Of a stretch of 64,000 nt of DNA, positions 19,375 to 28,976 are shown one piece after another; position 1 is the stretch's first letter, and each line of letters opens with the position of its first letter. The stretch comes from Candidatus Hydrogenedentota bacterium. Lineage in GTDB: Bacteria > Hydrogenedentota > Hydrogenedentia > Hydrogenedentales > SLHB01. The notes beneath the pieces were generated by a model that was not told where the DNA came from, searched no databases, and was given only the letters and a program-made list of their open reading frames with translations. The stretch is from positions 64,001 through 128,000 of the forward strand of contig CAXXYE010000004.1 in NCBI GenBank assembly GCA_963674865.2, in the 5' to 3' direction. Made by a program: the position numbers and the translations under genes.

Positions 19375-22300
19375 ACTTCGTCTCCCCCTGTGTCGAGAAG
19401 CTCCTCGATTTCATGCAAGGCGAATTCGCGGGCGCACCTTTCTATGAGGGCGGCCAATTCAGGTGCGCGGTCACGCACCTCGCCGGCGATGCTGCAAGCG
19501 TTGTCGATGCTTCCCGTTACGACGGCGTGCCGCAGTCGCTTGCGGACGTCTGCGGGGAATACCTCCAGAGCCTGCGCCGCCAATTTCAGCGACGTGTCCG
19601 TGGGGCCCTCGGTAGGGGCCGTACGCCCTTCTTCATAGTCAAAGGCGACATCCGCGTGGCGTCGGATCAGTTCGAACAACTCATTATCGCGGAAGGGTTT
19701 CCTCAGGAGGGCGTCGGCGCCCTCGGAGAGTGCCTTCCCTTGGCCTTCCTCGAGCGCACTCGCCGTCACGGCAATGATGGTAGCTTTCTGTCCCTCGGGC
19801 GAGAGGCGCATCTTCCGTATGGCTTCCCAGCCATTCATCACGGGCATGACCAGGTCGATCAAGACAATGGCGGGATGCCAATCGTTGAACGCGGATAGCC
19901 CTTCAGCGCCGTTCTCCGCCTCGCGTGTTACGAATCCCACTTTTTCCAGTAGCCTGCACAGCAGGTCCCTATTCGTTGCGCGGTCATCGACTATGAGGAC
20001 TCGTATTTCCTTCTGGCCCGGACTCACGTGCTTCACATAACGTTCGGGGGCTCGGGACTTCGCGTCTGTTTCGGCGCCGGCCTCGGCGAGCATGGTGAAG
20101 AGGAACCGGCTGCCTACGCCCAGTTCACTTGTCACCGTGATGTCGCCTCCCATCATCCGCGCGAAACTTCGGCTGATCGAGAGCCCCAGCCCCGTGCCCC
20201 CTCGTCGCAAAGCGGCCGACCCCGCCTGCTCAAAACTCTCGAAGATCGAGTCCAGTTCCTCAGGCTGAATGCCGTATCCCGTATCGGCAACTTCGATGGC
20301 CAACGCGCATCCCGTTTGCGATGCGTTGGGATCCAGTCCCACCTGTACAGATATTCGCCCGTGGTCGGTGAACTTCACGGCATTACCCAGGAGGTTGACG
20401 AGGACTTGACGGACGCGTCCTTCGTCGGCGCGAATAAACGTGGGCACGGACTCTTCCACTTCCGTGGTCAGTTCGAGGCCCTTGGTGTTCGTTCTTACTC
20501 TAAACATGACCTCCATGTCCGACAGAAGCCCCCGCATGTTGAAGGTGGCTGGGCGCAGTTGGACGCGACCGGCCTCTATTCTCGACATCTCGAGCACGTC
20601 GTTGATAAGCGCCAGGAGATGATCCCCGCTCCGTGCAATTGCATCGAGAGCGTGCTGCTGATCGGGCGAGAGGTCCGCATAGCGTTGGAGAAGCTGCGTG
20701 TAGCCAAGAATGGCGTTCATCGGCGTCCGGATCTCGTGCGACATGTTTGCCAGGAAGGCGCTCTTCGCCAGATTCGCCGCTTCGGCAGCCTGTTTGGCTT
20801 CTCTCAGCGCGGCTTGGGCGTTTCGCCAATCCGTCACATCATGTGTGACTACCACCGCGTGGGTGATATCTCCGTTGGCGTCGGCGTAAGGATACATGGT
20901 TACTTCGCAATGGCGTTCGCCTCGGTTTGGCAGTTGAACGACCGACTCCTGTGTGACAAGGTCTCCTGACAGACACCTGCGAAGATTCGGCCATATGTTA
21001 TCTCCCGCGACCTCCGCCGGCCACACCTCTGAAAGCCGTTTGCCTACCACGGCTTCACGGGCCATGCCCATGGCCGAGCACCACGCTGTGTTGATCGCCT
21101 CATAGCATCCCTCAGCGCTCAACACACTCATCATGTCGCCCACCGTGTTTACGATGAACTCGTACCGGAAAAGCACCTCCTCGGCACGTTTGCGAGCCGT
21201 CATGTCCGCGCCCACGCATAGGACCTCTTTCAGACTTCCCTCCTCGTCGTACAGTGGGCAATTCGTCCACGCCACCCACACGTGGTCCCCCGACTTCGTC
21301 ATGTTCTCGTTCTCGTTGACCTCGTACTTGTCCGGATAGGAAGCGAGGTCGGCCATCAACGCGCGCAGGCTGAGGCCCTTCGCATCGGCCTCCGGAACGA
21401 TGGTGCCTACGACGTTTCTCCCGACAAGCTCCTCCGGTGTGTAACCGAAGAAGCGCTCGGCAAACGCGTTGATGAACACCACGGTTCCTTCGGGTGTCAT
21501 ACGCAAGATGACGCTATTGGCGCTCTCAACCAGTGTGCGGTAGTCTTCCTCGCTGCGCCGGCGTGCTTCCTCGGCGTGCTTCCGAACGCGAATCTCTTTC
21601 CTAAGGCGGCGGTTGTGAAGCCCCAGCAATCCTAGGAAGAGAAGCGCCACCGCCACTACTCCGGCCACAACTCGCACTATCCGGCCCACGTCGATGCCCG
21701 GCTCGACGGATACGCCAACCCACTTCTTCCGAATGGTGTTGGCCTCCTCCTCGGTAATGCTCGCGAGGCCCTTGTTGAGAATGACCACCAGCTCTGGCCA
21801 ATCACTGCGAACCGCAAAGTGCAGGTGGCTCACGTTCCGATCTGCCGGCACCGTAATGCGCAGATCCGTAAGCCCGAGTTTGCGGATCCAGTAGCTTACC
21901 GTAGCCACATTCCCTACGGCCGCATCGGCTTTCCCCCGGGAAACCGCCATGAGGGTCGTCTCTACCGAGTCGAAGAGCAGGGGCGCGATGTGAGCCTGTT
22001 CCACCAGGAAACCATGGTGCGACGTGTCCGCCTGCACCGCGACCCGCAGTCCAGACAGGTCGTCGATCGTGGAAACCAGCGGCCCATCCCTCTTCGTCAC
22101 GATCACGCGATAGAAAGATAAGTAGGGCCTGGTAAAAAGGAAGAGTTTTCGACGTTGTTGGGTGATGCCCACACACGGCAGCACATCCAGATCGCGCGTC
22201 GATGCCAGGTCGAAGGCTTCCAACCACGACGTCTTGTGGACCACCTTCATATTGAGCCCGAGCCGCTGATTCAGGAGCCGGACATAGTCTGAAGCCATCC

Positions 22301-23315
22301 CTTCGTATGAGCCGTCTTCGGCAACGAATTCAAACGGCGCAAACTCGGGATCCACACCCAGCCGGATAGCGGGATGCGCTCTGATCCACGCCCATTCTTC
22401 GTCGGACAGATTCACCCAATGGGGCACAACGGTATAGCGTGCGATGATGTCGCGCTTTTCGGCCGCGCCCAGGGCGTCGATGGCCCGGTTCAGAATGGCT
22501 ACGAGAGGGCCGAAGTCTTTGCGCACGCCAATGGATAGCTTGAGTGAGGCTACTTCCGGGCACCAGATAGACTTGAGGCCCATGATCACGTTCCGGTCGA
22601 TAAGATACGACGACACGGCCGTATTGCCGATGTACGCGTCGGCCTCCCCGTCCGATACCTTGAGCAACGCCTGTAGCGAGCTATCTACAGGAACCAGCTT
22701 GATCTCGGGGCAGTCCTTCTCCAGGACTTCGTGCGTCCAGTAGTCCTTCTCCACAACGACGACCCTGTCCTTCAAATCGTCCAGGCTTGTGATCTGGTTC
22801 TCGCCTTCACGGACATAGATGGCGTGGGGGAAGTCGAGCAGTGGCTTCGTGAAGAGCAGGCTTCGTTTCCGTTGCGGCGTGGTCGCTAGGCCGGGACAGA
22901 CGTCGAGCTCGCCGGCCTTCAGCATGTCGAACAGCTCCGTCCACTTTCCCGTGACGATCTCGATCTCGAAACCGACGTGTTCGCCCAATAGCCGTAAGAG
23001 GTCAGCGCTGATCCCCTTGTAGACACCGTCGGCGTCCACGTACTCGAAGGGCGGCCAGTCCGACGTCGCAGCAACGCGGAGGATGGGATGGGCGGCGAGC
23101 CAGGATTTCTCTTCAGCGCTGAGCACGAGGGGCGCGCGGGCCCCCGCAGGCTGGCCTGAACCGGCTGAGGCGCCCTCCGCATGGGCCGCCGAAAGGGAAT
23201 CCGCGGAGGATGCGAGAGGATACAGCGACCCCGCAACCAGTAAGGTTAACAACCGGAGTAGGAAATGCCTACACGTCATACAGGACGCCCCCAGCCGGTG
23301 CACAGCCCGCTTCAT
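19371..23315 (-). CDS. Hybrid sensor kinase with two periplasmic solute-binding domains, 2 PAS, HisKA, HATPase, REC (BvgS/EvgS-like)
   Basis: Two PBPb-like repeats (WPPFE, FAPFE), TM helix, FLANMSHEIRTPMN, GGTGLGL; 4-nt overlap with the next kinase. Confidence 0.92.
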   Translation of the reverse strand: MKRAVHRLGASCMTCRHFLLRLLTLLVAGSLYPLASSADSLSAAHAEGASAGSGQPAGARAPLVLSAEEKSWLAAHPILRVAATSDWPPFEYVDADGVYKGISADLLRLLGEHVGFEIEIVTGKWTELFDMLKAGELDVCPGLATTPQRKRSLLFTKPLLDFPHAIYVREGENQITSLDDLKDRVVVVEKDYWTHEVLEKDCPEIKLVPVDSSLQALLKVSDGEADAYIGNTAVSSYLIDRNVIMGLKSIWCPEVASLKLSIGVRKDFGPLVAILNRAIDALGAAEKRDIIARYTVVPHWVNLSDEEWAWIRAHPAIRLGVDPEFAPFEFVAEDGSYEGMASDYVRLLNQRLGLNMKVVHKTSWLEAFDLASTRDLDVLPCVGITQQRRKLFLFTRPYLSFYRVIVTKRDGPLVSTIDDLSGLRVAVQADTSHHGFLVEQAHIAPLLFDSVETTLMAVSRGKADAAVGNVATVSYWIRKLGLTDLRITVPADRNVSHLHFAVRSDWPELVVILNKGLASITEEEANTIRKKWVGVSVEPGIDVGRIVRVVAGVVAVALLFLGLLGLHNRRLRKEIRVRKHAEEARRRSEEDYRTLVESANSVILRMTPEGTVVFINAFAERFFGYTPEELVGRNVVGTIVPEADAKGLSLRALMADLASYPDKYEVNENENMTKSGDHVWVAWTNCPLYDEEGSLKEVLCVGADMTARKRAEEVLFRYEFIVNTVGDMMSVLSAEGCYEAINTAWCSAMGMAREAVVGKRLSEVWPAEVAGDNIWPNLRRCLSGDLVTQESVVQLPNRGERHCEVTMYPYADANGDITHAVVVTHDVTDWRNAQAALREAKQAAEAANLAKSAFLANMSHEIRTPMNAILGYTQLLQRYADLSPDQQHALDAIARSGDHLLALINDVLEMSRIEAGRVQLRPATFNMRGLLSDMEVMFRVRTNTKGLELTTEVEESVPTFIRADEGRVRQVLVNLLGNAVKFTDHGRISVQVGLDPNASQTGCALAIEVADTGYGIQPEELDSIFESFEQAGSAALRRGGTGLGLSISRSFARMMGGDITVTSELGVGSRFLFTMLAEAGAETDAKSRAPERYVKHVSPGQKEIRVLIVDDRATNRDLLCRLLEKVGFVTREAENGAEGLSAFNDWHPAIVLIDLVMPVMNGWEAIRKMRLSPEGQKATIIAVTASALEEGQGKALSEGADALLRKPFRDNELFELIRRHADVAFDYEEGRTAPTEGPTDTSLKLAAQALEVFPADVRKRLRHAVVTGSIDNACSIAGEVRDRAPELAALIERCAREFALHEIEELLDTGGDEV

Positions 23316-23587
23316 CGCGCTACTAATGTGCTCACGTTTGCTTTAGTCTAGCAGATAAGTTACGAACACGAAAGGGCAAATCTACCTTTATACGCGGGGT
23401 CCATCAGGTTTTCGGCCTCACGCCGGAGAAAGGAGCGCGGCGATTCGTCGCGAGCATTCGTGATCTTCTTGTCGTGGGCCAGTCATAGATAGAATGGAAA
23501 GGTACTTGGTGGTGTATAATAGATTGGGGAGGGGGAAAGCGCCGCGCCTTCTAGGAATTCGGCGCGAACAATGCAAAGGAGAGGCTG

Positions 23588-24562
23588 ATGAGCGCATCGA
23601 CATTTCCCTTGAGAGTCGCCAGTGTGGCGCTGCTCGTCGTTGCCGCGCACGCTCTAGTCGTTGGCGTTGCCCAGGCGGACTGTGGATCGGTTCCCTTCTC
23701 TGCCCCCTTTGAGGGGCTCGGTACGTTGAGCGTGCAGAGTCTTATGCCCGGGCAGGCGAACGTCAAGCTCGACCCGCTCAACGTTGTCGTCTACGAGCCG
23801 GGCCAGCGGGCGATCATCCTCTGGAATGGAAAAGAAGAGATCTTGCTTCTTTCCACGGAACTGAAGACCTCCGATCCGGTGAATATCCTTGAGGTGATCC
23901 CATTGCCCGCGAAGCCCACGGTGCGCCTTGGCGAGTTCGAGACGTTCGAGAAAATGCAGAAGCTCCTCGTGGATAAGACTATGTGGAAGGTTGCTTCGGG
24001 CGGCGGCGTGCCCGGCGTGAACGCTCCGGCGTCGGCAGTCCGTATTGAGTTTCATGAGTTGATGGGTGCCCACGACCTTACGGTCGCTCAGGTGCTTAAC
24101 CGCGATGGGTTCGTTGAGTGGGTGAAGGAGTTTCTCGAGGCGCGTGGTGCGGAGGAGCCGGAGGTCCGGCCCGAGTTCGCGGCTATCGTGGCCAATTACC
24201 TCGACAGAGGCTTTCGATGGTTTGCTTTCGACGTCATTCGGGCCTCTGACGAAGTGCAAAGCCGCCAGCCCATCGAGTATCGTTTTGAGAGCGACGCAGT
24301 GTTCTACCCGCTTGAGATTTCCTCGTTGGAAACCGGCAAGACGAATATTGACCTTCTCGTGGTGACGCGGGAGGAACTCGACGAGTATCCCGTCGTGCGG
24401 GCCTCACTGAAACGCAATGCCCCATTCTCGGCGGCTTCGGAAGAAATCCGTCCCATCTCGGCGGAGTGGGCTGTGTTCATGGGGCCGGGAGAGCTTCGTT
24501 TGCAGGAGTTCCGGATCAAGGGCAGGCTCCACAAGATGAAGACGGACTTCGTCGCCAAGTAA
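23588..24562 (+). CDS. Secreted DUF2330-like protein
   Basis: Signal peptide, Q.AII.W..E.LLL, P..YRF....FYPL.IS pattern. Confidence 0.6.
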   Translation: MSASTFPLRVASVALLVVAAHALVVGVAQADCGSVPFSAPFEGLGTLSVQSLMPGQANVKLDPLNVVVYEPGQRAIILWNGKEEILLLSTELKTSDPVNILEVIPLPAKPTVRLGEFETFEKMQKLLVDKTMWKVASGGGVPGVNAPASAVRIEFHELMGAHDLTVAQVLNRDGFVEWVKEFLEARGAEEPEVRPEFAAIVANYLDRGFRWFAFDVIRASDEVQSRQPIEYRFESDAVFYPLEISSLETGKTNIDLLVVTREELDEYPVVRASLKRNAPFSAASEEIRPISAEWAVFMGPGELRLQEFRIKGRLHKMKTDFVAK

Positions 24563-24650
24563 AGCCAAAGCTTTTCTCATAAGGCTGCGGGCGGCCGCAT
24601 CGGTTCAGCCCCATGTCTTGGGTGGCGGTATGGAAGCGCGTGAGCGAGAA

Positions 24651-25490
24651 ATGCCCGACACCATGCGGATTAACCGGCGTGCCGTGCGGCACGAGCGGCT
24701 GAGAAGGCGCGTTAAGCACCATTGGCGTCGCGTTCTCTACGGGCAGGCGGCGGCGTATGCGGTTGTGCTTGTCCTTTGGGCCCTGCCCCTCCCTAATCCC
24801 GTCAAGTTGCTCGCCGTGACGTTTCACGAGCTTTCTCATGCTTTGGCGGGACTTCTCACCGGCGGGCGTGTGTTTGGCTTTGCGATCGCGCCGCGTGGCT
24901 CAGGCGTAACCTTGGGCCTCGGGGGCAATATGTTCCTTATCCTGATCGCCGGCTACATCGGTAGTTGTCTTTGGGGTGTCTTTCTCTACTACCTGACCAC
25001 GAAATGGAAGCCCATCGCCTGCTTGCTTGCGCTGGAACTCGTCGTGATCGGCTCATCGCTTTTCGGTTGGTTGAACGCCTACACGATGTTTTTCGGCACG
25101 GGGGCGCTGATCATCATGACCGGCCTCCTGTTTGCCCCCGATACGGCCAAGATCTTCTTTGTCCGTATGGTGGGCTCCGCGTGCTGTCTGTATGCGCCCT
25201 TCGACATCATCGGGGAGGTCTTCAAGCGTAGCGGCGCACCGAACGTCATGGGAGTGGAGACGCAGAGCGATGTGACGCAACTTGCGGCGCTCACGGGTGT
25301 TCATCCCGTCCCTATTGCGCTGGCGATACTCATCGTTCAGGCGGGCATCTTGATTTGGCTCATACGCCTCACATGCTCCGGCGGGGCCAAGCAGGCGGTT
25401 ACCAGAGAAATCGCCGACGGGAAGGCGAGGCGCCGACTCTGGCGTGACATCCACCCCGAGCAGAAGCGCTACGTTATACGTTGTCGATAG
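24651..25490 (+). CDS. M50B-like membrane metallopeptidase
   Basis: FHELSHALA HExxH, AGY, distal SD motif, several TM helices; start uncertain. Confidence 0.8.
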   Translation: MPDTMRINRRAVRHERLRRRVKHHWRRVLYGQAAAYAVVLVLWALPLPNPVKLLAVTFHELSHALAGLLTGGRVFGFAIAPRGSGVTLGLGGNMFLILIAGYIGSCLWGVFLYYLTTKWKPIACLLALELVVIGSSLFGWLNAYTMFFGTGALIIMTGLLFAPDTAKIFFVRMVGSACCLYAPFDIIGEVFKRSGAPNVMGVETQSDVTQLAALTGVHPVPIALAILIVQAGILIWLIRLTCSGGAKQAVTREIADGKARRRLWRDIHPEQKRYVIRCR

Positions 25491-25525
25491 CGGATGAGTT
25501 CCCTGCGTCCGGGGGAAACAGGGGC

Positions 25526-25666
25526 TCACTCCTCAGCGGACTCGGTTTGCACGCAGGGGTGCTTCTTCTCGTCCCCATGACACGCTGCTATCTGTTCCGG
25601 CGTACATTCCTTTGGCGTGGTCTTCAGGGCTTCGACATTTCGGCAGCACTTGGATTTGTCGCACAT
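25526..25666 (-). CDS. Small Cys/His-rich peptide, 46 aa (MCDKSKCCRNVEALKTTPKECTPEQIAACHGDEKKHPCVQTESAEE), candidate metal-binding
   Basis: Translated by hand; AAAGGAG RBS upstream; 6 Cys + 2 His; follows ArsR; below the ORF-track cutoff. Confidence 0.7.
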   Translation of the reverse strand: MCDKSKCCRNVEALKTTPKECTPEQIAACHGDEKKHPCVQTESAEE

Positions 25667-26013
25667 TGCTCTCTCTCCTTTGAGCAGGCTTGCTCTTGTC
25701 TTCTGGTCGCAGCGCTCGGCTTTAACATATTGTCAAAACAAGACTTCCAATCGGAAAGCGTCTGTGTGTCTATGCGGTAGTGTACGTAGTAGCCGCGCCG
25801 CTCTGGAATGACGACGCCAGCCTCTCGAAGTACGCGGAGGTGCTGTGACACGGCGGCGGGGGTGATAGCGAGTGTGCGCGATAAAGCATTGACGCACAAT
25901 GCCTTGGCACTCAGGAGTTGAAGGATCCTGACGCGCGTCTCAACGGACAGCACCTTCGATACGGCCGCCAAGCGTTTCGCGTCATTTTCTATTGCTGATA
26001 ATTGATTAAGCAT
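25624..26013 (-). CDS. ArsR/SmtB family transcriptional regulator
   Basis: TRVRILQLL..LCV..L......AVSQHLRVLREAG.V..ERRG..V.Y; start moved to ATG 26013, downstream of the promoter. Confidence 0.9.
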   Translation of the reverse strand: MLNQLSAIENDAKRLAAVSKVLSVETRVRILQLLSAKALCVNALSRTLAITPAAVSQHLRVLREAGVVIPERRGYYVHYRIDTQTLSDWKSCFDNMLKPSAATRRQEQACSKEREQCATNPSAAEMSKP

Positions 26014-26052
26014 CTGCGCATATACTTTATCAGTCTTTCTCGCCGGTGTCAA
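26005..26052 (-). promoter_or_regulatory. Sigma70 promoter and probable operator of arsR
   Basis: Minus strand TTGACA(26052-26047)-N17-TAAAGT(26029-26024), then imperfect dyad ATATGCGCAGATGCTTAAT over the start. Confidence 0.65.
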
Positions 26053-26224
26053 GTTGGTTGGGCCTCACGTGCCTATAACCGTGTGTCAATGGCAGGCAAC
26101 ATGCAGAATCTTCCTTGTTTTTCGGCAAGATTTGCTGGACTTGTCTCGAGTTTGTTTTCTGGGTGGCATGCTGTAAGTTACTTTTCCTCAATAACTAATG
26201 AGCCTCTTGTGCTCTTGTCGCGCC

Positions 26225-26241
26225 TTGGCACACGCCTTGCT
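26225..26241 (+). promoter_or_regulatory. Sigma54 (-24/-12) promoter of the flg operon
   Basis: TTGGCAC-ACGCC-TTGCT matches TGGCAC-N5-TTGCW. Confidence 0.75.
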
Positions 26242-26433
26242 CAACCACTGTTGGACCTGCCCTCTGAGTCGCAGGTCTGTCCTCGTGAGTGGTTGGCCCG
26301 GACGAGGGAACGGTCCCCATTGCCGTTCCCGGCCGTCGCGAAGCTACGTTCCGGTGCCAACCTGGAAACAGCGCCCGGGGAGTTACCTTGGGCGATTTGA
26401 TATACGCGGTTGAAACGAGTAGGGAGTGGGGCG

Positions 26434-27192
26434 ATGATCCAGGGGTTGTATGCGGCCGCCACCGGCATCATGGCTATCGAGAACCAGCAGGCGTTGGTGG
26501 CCAACAACATAGCGAACGCCGGCACTCCTGGATTTCGGCGCCAGGACGCAGTCAATAAGGGATTCTACGAGGTCTTCCTTAACAAGCTCGTCAGTCCCAC
26601 GCGTCTGAACCAGGAGGCTGGCCCCGGGGGCGGGGTGAAGGTTCTCGAGACATTCACCGACACGCGCAATGGCGTAGTCACCACGACGGGCAACCCGCTC
26701 AACGTAGCGCTTATGGGGCCCGGATACATTGCCGTGGAAACGGCCCAGGGAGATCGGTTCACCCGCAACGGTACGCTCTCGGTGGATACCGAGGGCTATC
26801 TCGTCACTGAAAGTGGCTACAGAGTACAGGATGTGGGCGGCGGGTACATCGATGTCCGTGGCGGGCAGGTAGAGATCGACGGTGACGGGATGATCAGAGT
26901 GGACGGCGAAGTGACGGGCCAGATCCGCCTCGTCGAGTTTGAGGACCCGCACGCGCTTACGCGCGAGGGACATGACCTCTATGCGGCGTTGGATGAGACA
27001 CTGGCGGCCGCTGCCCCCGCGGCGGAGACCCAGGTTATTCCCGAGTCTCTGGAGGCGTCCAACGTACAACTGCCCGTTGAGATGATCAAGATGATCGTCG
27101 GCCTGCGCGCTTACTCTGCCAATCAGCGCGTCATCAATTCCATCGACGAAACCGTGTCCAAGCTCATCGAGCAGGTCGGTTCGCCTGTATAG
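26434..27192 (+). CDS. flgF: Flagellar basal-body rod protein FlgF
   Basis: ANNIANA.TPGF, TGNPL..AL, TRNG, LEASNV; precedes flgG. Confidence 0.88.
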   Translation: MIQGLYAAATGIMAIENQQALVANNIANAGTPGFRRQDAVNKGFYEVFLNKLVSPTRLNQEAGPGGGVKVLETFTDTRNGVVTTTGNPLNVALMGPGYIAVETAQGDRFTRNGTLSVDTEGYLVTESGYRVQDVGGGYIDVRGGQVEIDGDGMIRVDGEVTGQIRLVEFEDPHALTREGHDLYAALDETLAAAAPAAETQVIPESLEASNVQLPVEMIKMIVGLRAYSANQRVINSIDETVSKLIEQVGSPV

Positions 27193-27207
27193 CGAGGAGG
27201 GATAGTC

Positions 27208-27999
27208 ATGATCCGCGCCCTGTTTACCGCGGCCACCGGCATGATCGGCCAGCAGTTGCACATTGACACGATCGCCAACAACTTAGCGAACGTCAACACA
27301 AGCGGATTCAAGAAGAGCCGTGTGAATTTCCAGGACTTGCTCTACGAAACGCTCAAGCCGGCCGGTACCGAGACCTCGGCGGGCACCACCGTGCCCGAGG
27401 GAGTTCAGATAGGACACGGCGTACGCGTTGCCTCGGTGGCCAAGCTATTCTCCACCGGCAACCTGATACAGACGGACAACCCCCTAGACCTTGCTATTGA
27501 GGGAGACGGCTTTTTCCAGGTCGATCTTCCGGACGGGCAGACAGCTTACACGCGCGATGGGGCCTTTTCTCTCGATGAAAACGGGCAGATCGTAACGGTT
27601 GACGGTTATCCACTAACGCCCACGATCACGGTGCCCGACGATTACCAGACAATCACGGTGGGATCCGACGGCGTCGTGTCGGCGACTGTCCAAGGCGAGA
27701 CGACGGCCCAGAATCTTGGCACGCTGCAACTGGTGCGCTTCGTCAATCCGGCGGGGCTTGACGCTCGTCTGGGCAGCAACCTGCTTCTCGAAACCGAGGC
27801 TTCAGGGGCGCCCACCGCCGGCGAACCGGGCATCGACGGGGTCGGCCTCGTGCGCCAATACTTCCTGGAAAACTCCAATGTTCAGGTTGTCGAAGAGATC
27901 CTACAACTTATCATTGCCCAGCGTGCGTACGAGGCCAGCTCCAAAGTGATCCAGGCATCCGACGAAATGCTTCAGCTTGCGAACAATGTAAAACGCTAG
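27208..27999 (+). CDS. flgG: Flagellar distal rod protein FlgG
   Basis: IANNLANVNTSGFKKSR..FQDLLY, YTRDG, LENSNV, QRAYE. Confidence 0.95.
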   Translation: MIRALFTAATGMIGQQLHIDTIANNLANVNTSGFKKSRVNFQDLLYETLKPAGTETSAGTTVPEGVQIGHGVRVASVAKLFSTGNLIQTDNPLDLAIEGDGFFQVDLPDGQTAYTRDGAFSLDENGQIVTVDGYPLTPTITVPDDYQTITVGSDGVVSATVQGETTAQNLGTLQLVRFVNPAGLDARLGSNLLLETEASGAPTAGEPGIDGVGLVRQYFLENSNVQVVEEILQLIIAQRAYEASSKVIQASDEMLQLANNVKR

Positions 28000-28014
28000 A
28001 TCTGAGGTAGGAAC

Positions 28015-28965
28015 GTGTTGAATTCGCCGCACATACCTGTCGCGCTTGTCGTGCTCGCGCTTGCCGCTATCGGCGCGTTCGGCGACACCGTAGTGTTGAA
28101 GGAAGAGGCCTACGTGAAGGGCCCCAGTGTTACGTTGGGGGACATTGCCGAGATCAAGGGCGATAACGCCGCTGTGCTGGCCGCCATTGAACTCGGGCAG
28201 GCCGCCGCACCGGGAAGCTACAAGCGGCTCAACGCGGCTATCGTTACGGCGCGCGTGAAGAACGCCGGTGTTACTGCGGAAGACGTGGCCATACAAGGCG
28301 CCCGGAGCGTGCGTACCAACACGCTCCATCTCGAAGTCAGCCGAGAGGCCATCGCGGAAGATCTCCGCCGCTACATCGAGGTCGAGATGCCCTGGGATCC
28401 GGCCGAAACCGTGGTCGATGTTACTTTGCCACTTCAAGATGTGATCATCCCCGAGGGCGTGCTTGCGATCGCGTGGTCCCCGAATCCCCAATATCGCTAC
28501 ATCGGTTCCGGGGCGTTTCGGGCGGAATTGGCCGTAGACGGGCGTGTCGAGAAGACCGTTCTCTGTAAGGCATCCGTCGAGCCGTACGTGGATGTTGTCG
28601 TTGCCGCGGCCAGCATTCGGCGAGGAAGCCCCCTTGCGGTGCGGGACGTCACACTCGAGAGGCAGGCACTGTCGACGCTCAAAGGACAAACTTTCCGCGA
28701 CCTCGACGAACTGGCCGGCTATGTGACGCGGACTTCCCTGTTTCCCGGACAAGTTATCACCACGCGCAATGTTGCGCCGCGCCGTCTCGTCAAACGCAAC
28801 CAGGTAGTTACCGTCGAGGTGCGTACCGGCGCGCTGCTCGTCCAATACCGCGCCCGGGCGTTGTCCGACGGCTGCGCGGGCGACCTGCTCATGTGCGAGA
28901 ACATTGACTCGGAACAGGAGTTTCAGGGGCGGTTGGATTCCGACGGCGTTGTGGTTGTCGAGTAG
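28015..28965 (+). CDS. flgA: Flagellar P-ring formation chaperone FlgA
   Basis: Signal peptide, TLGDIA, SAF domain, LVKR..V, AL.DG..G; synteny. Confidence 0.85.
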   Translation: MLNSPHIPVALVVLALAAIGAFGDTVVLKEEAYVKGPSVTLGDIAEIKGDNAAVLAAIELGQAAAPGSYKRLNAAIVTARVKNAGVTAEDVAIQGARSVRTNTLHLEVSREAIAEDLRRYIEVEMPWDPAETVVDVTLPLQDVIIPEGVLAIAWSPNPQYRYIGSGAFRAELAVDGRVEKTVLCKASVEPYVDVVVAAASIRRGSPLAVRDVTLERQALSTLKGQTFRDLDELAGYVTRTSLFPGQVITTRNVAPRRLVKRNQVVTVEVRTGALLVQYRARALSDGCAGDLLMCENIDSEQEFQGRLDSDGVVVVE

Positions 28966-28976
28966 GGAGGACTGCC

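Noticed and set aside
26002..26400. Short ORFs upstream of flgF
   Set aside because: They overlap the promoters and hairpins and lack coding character
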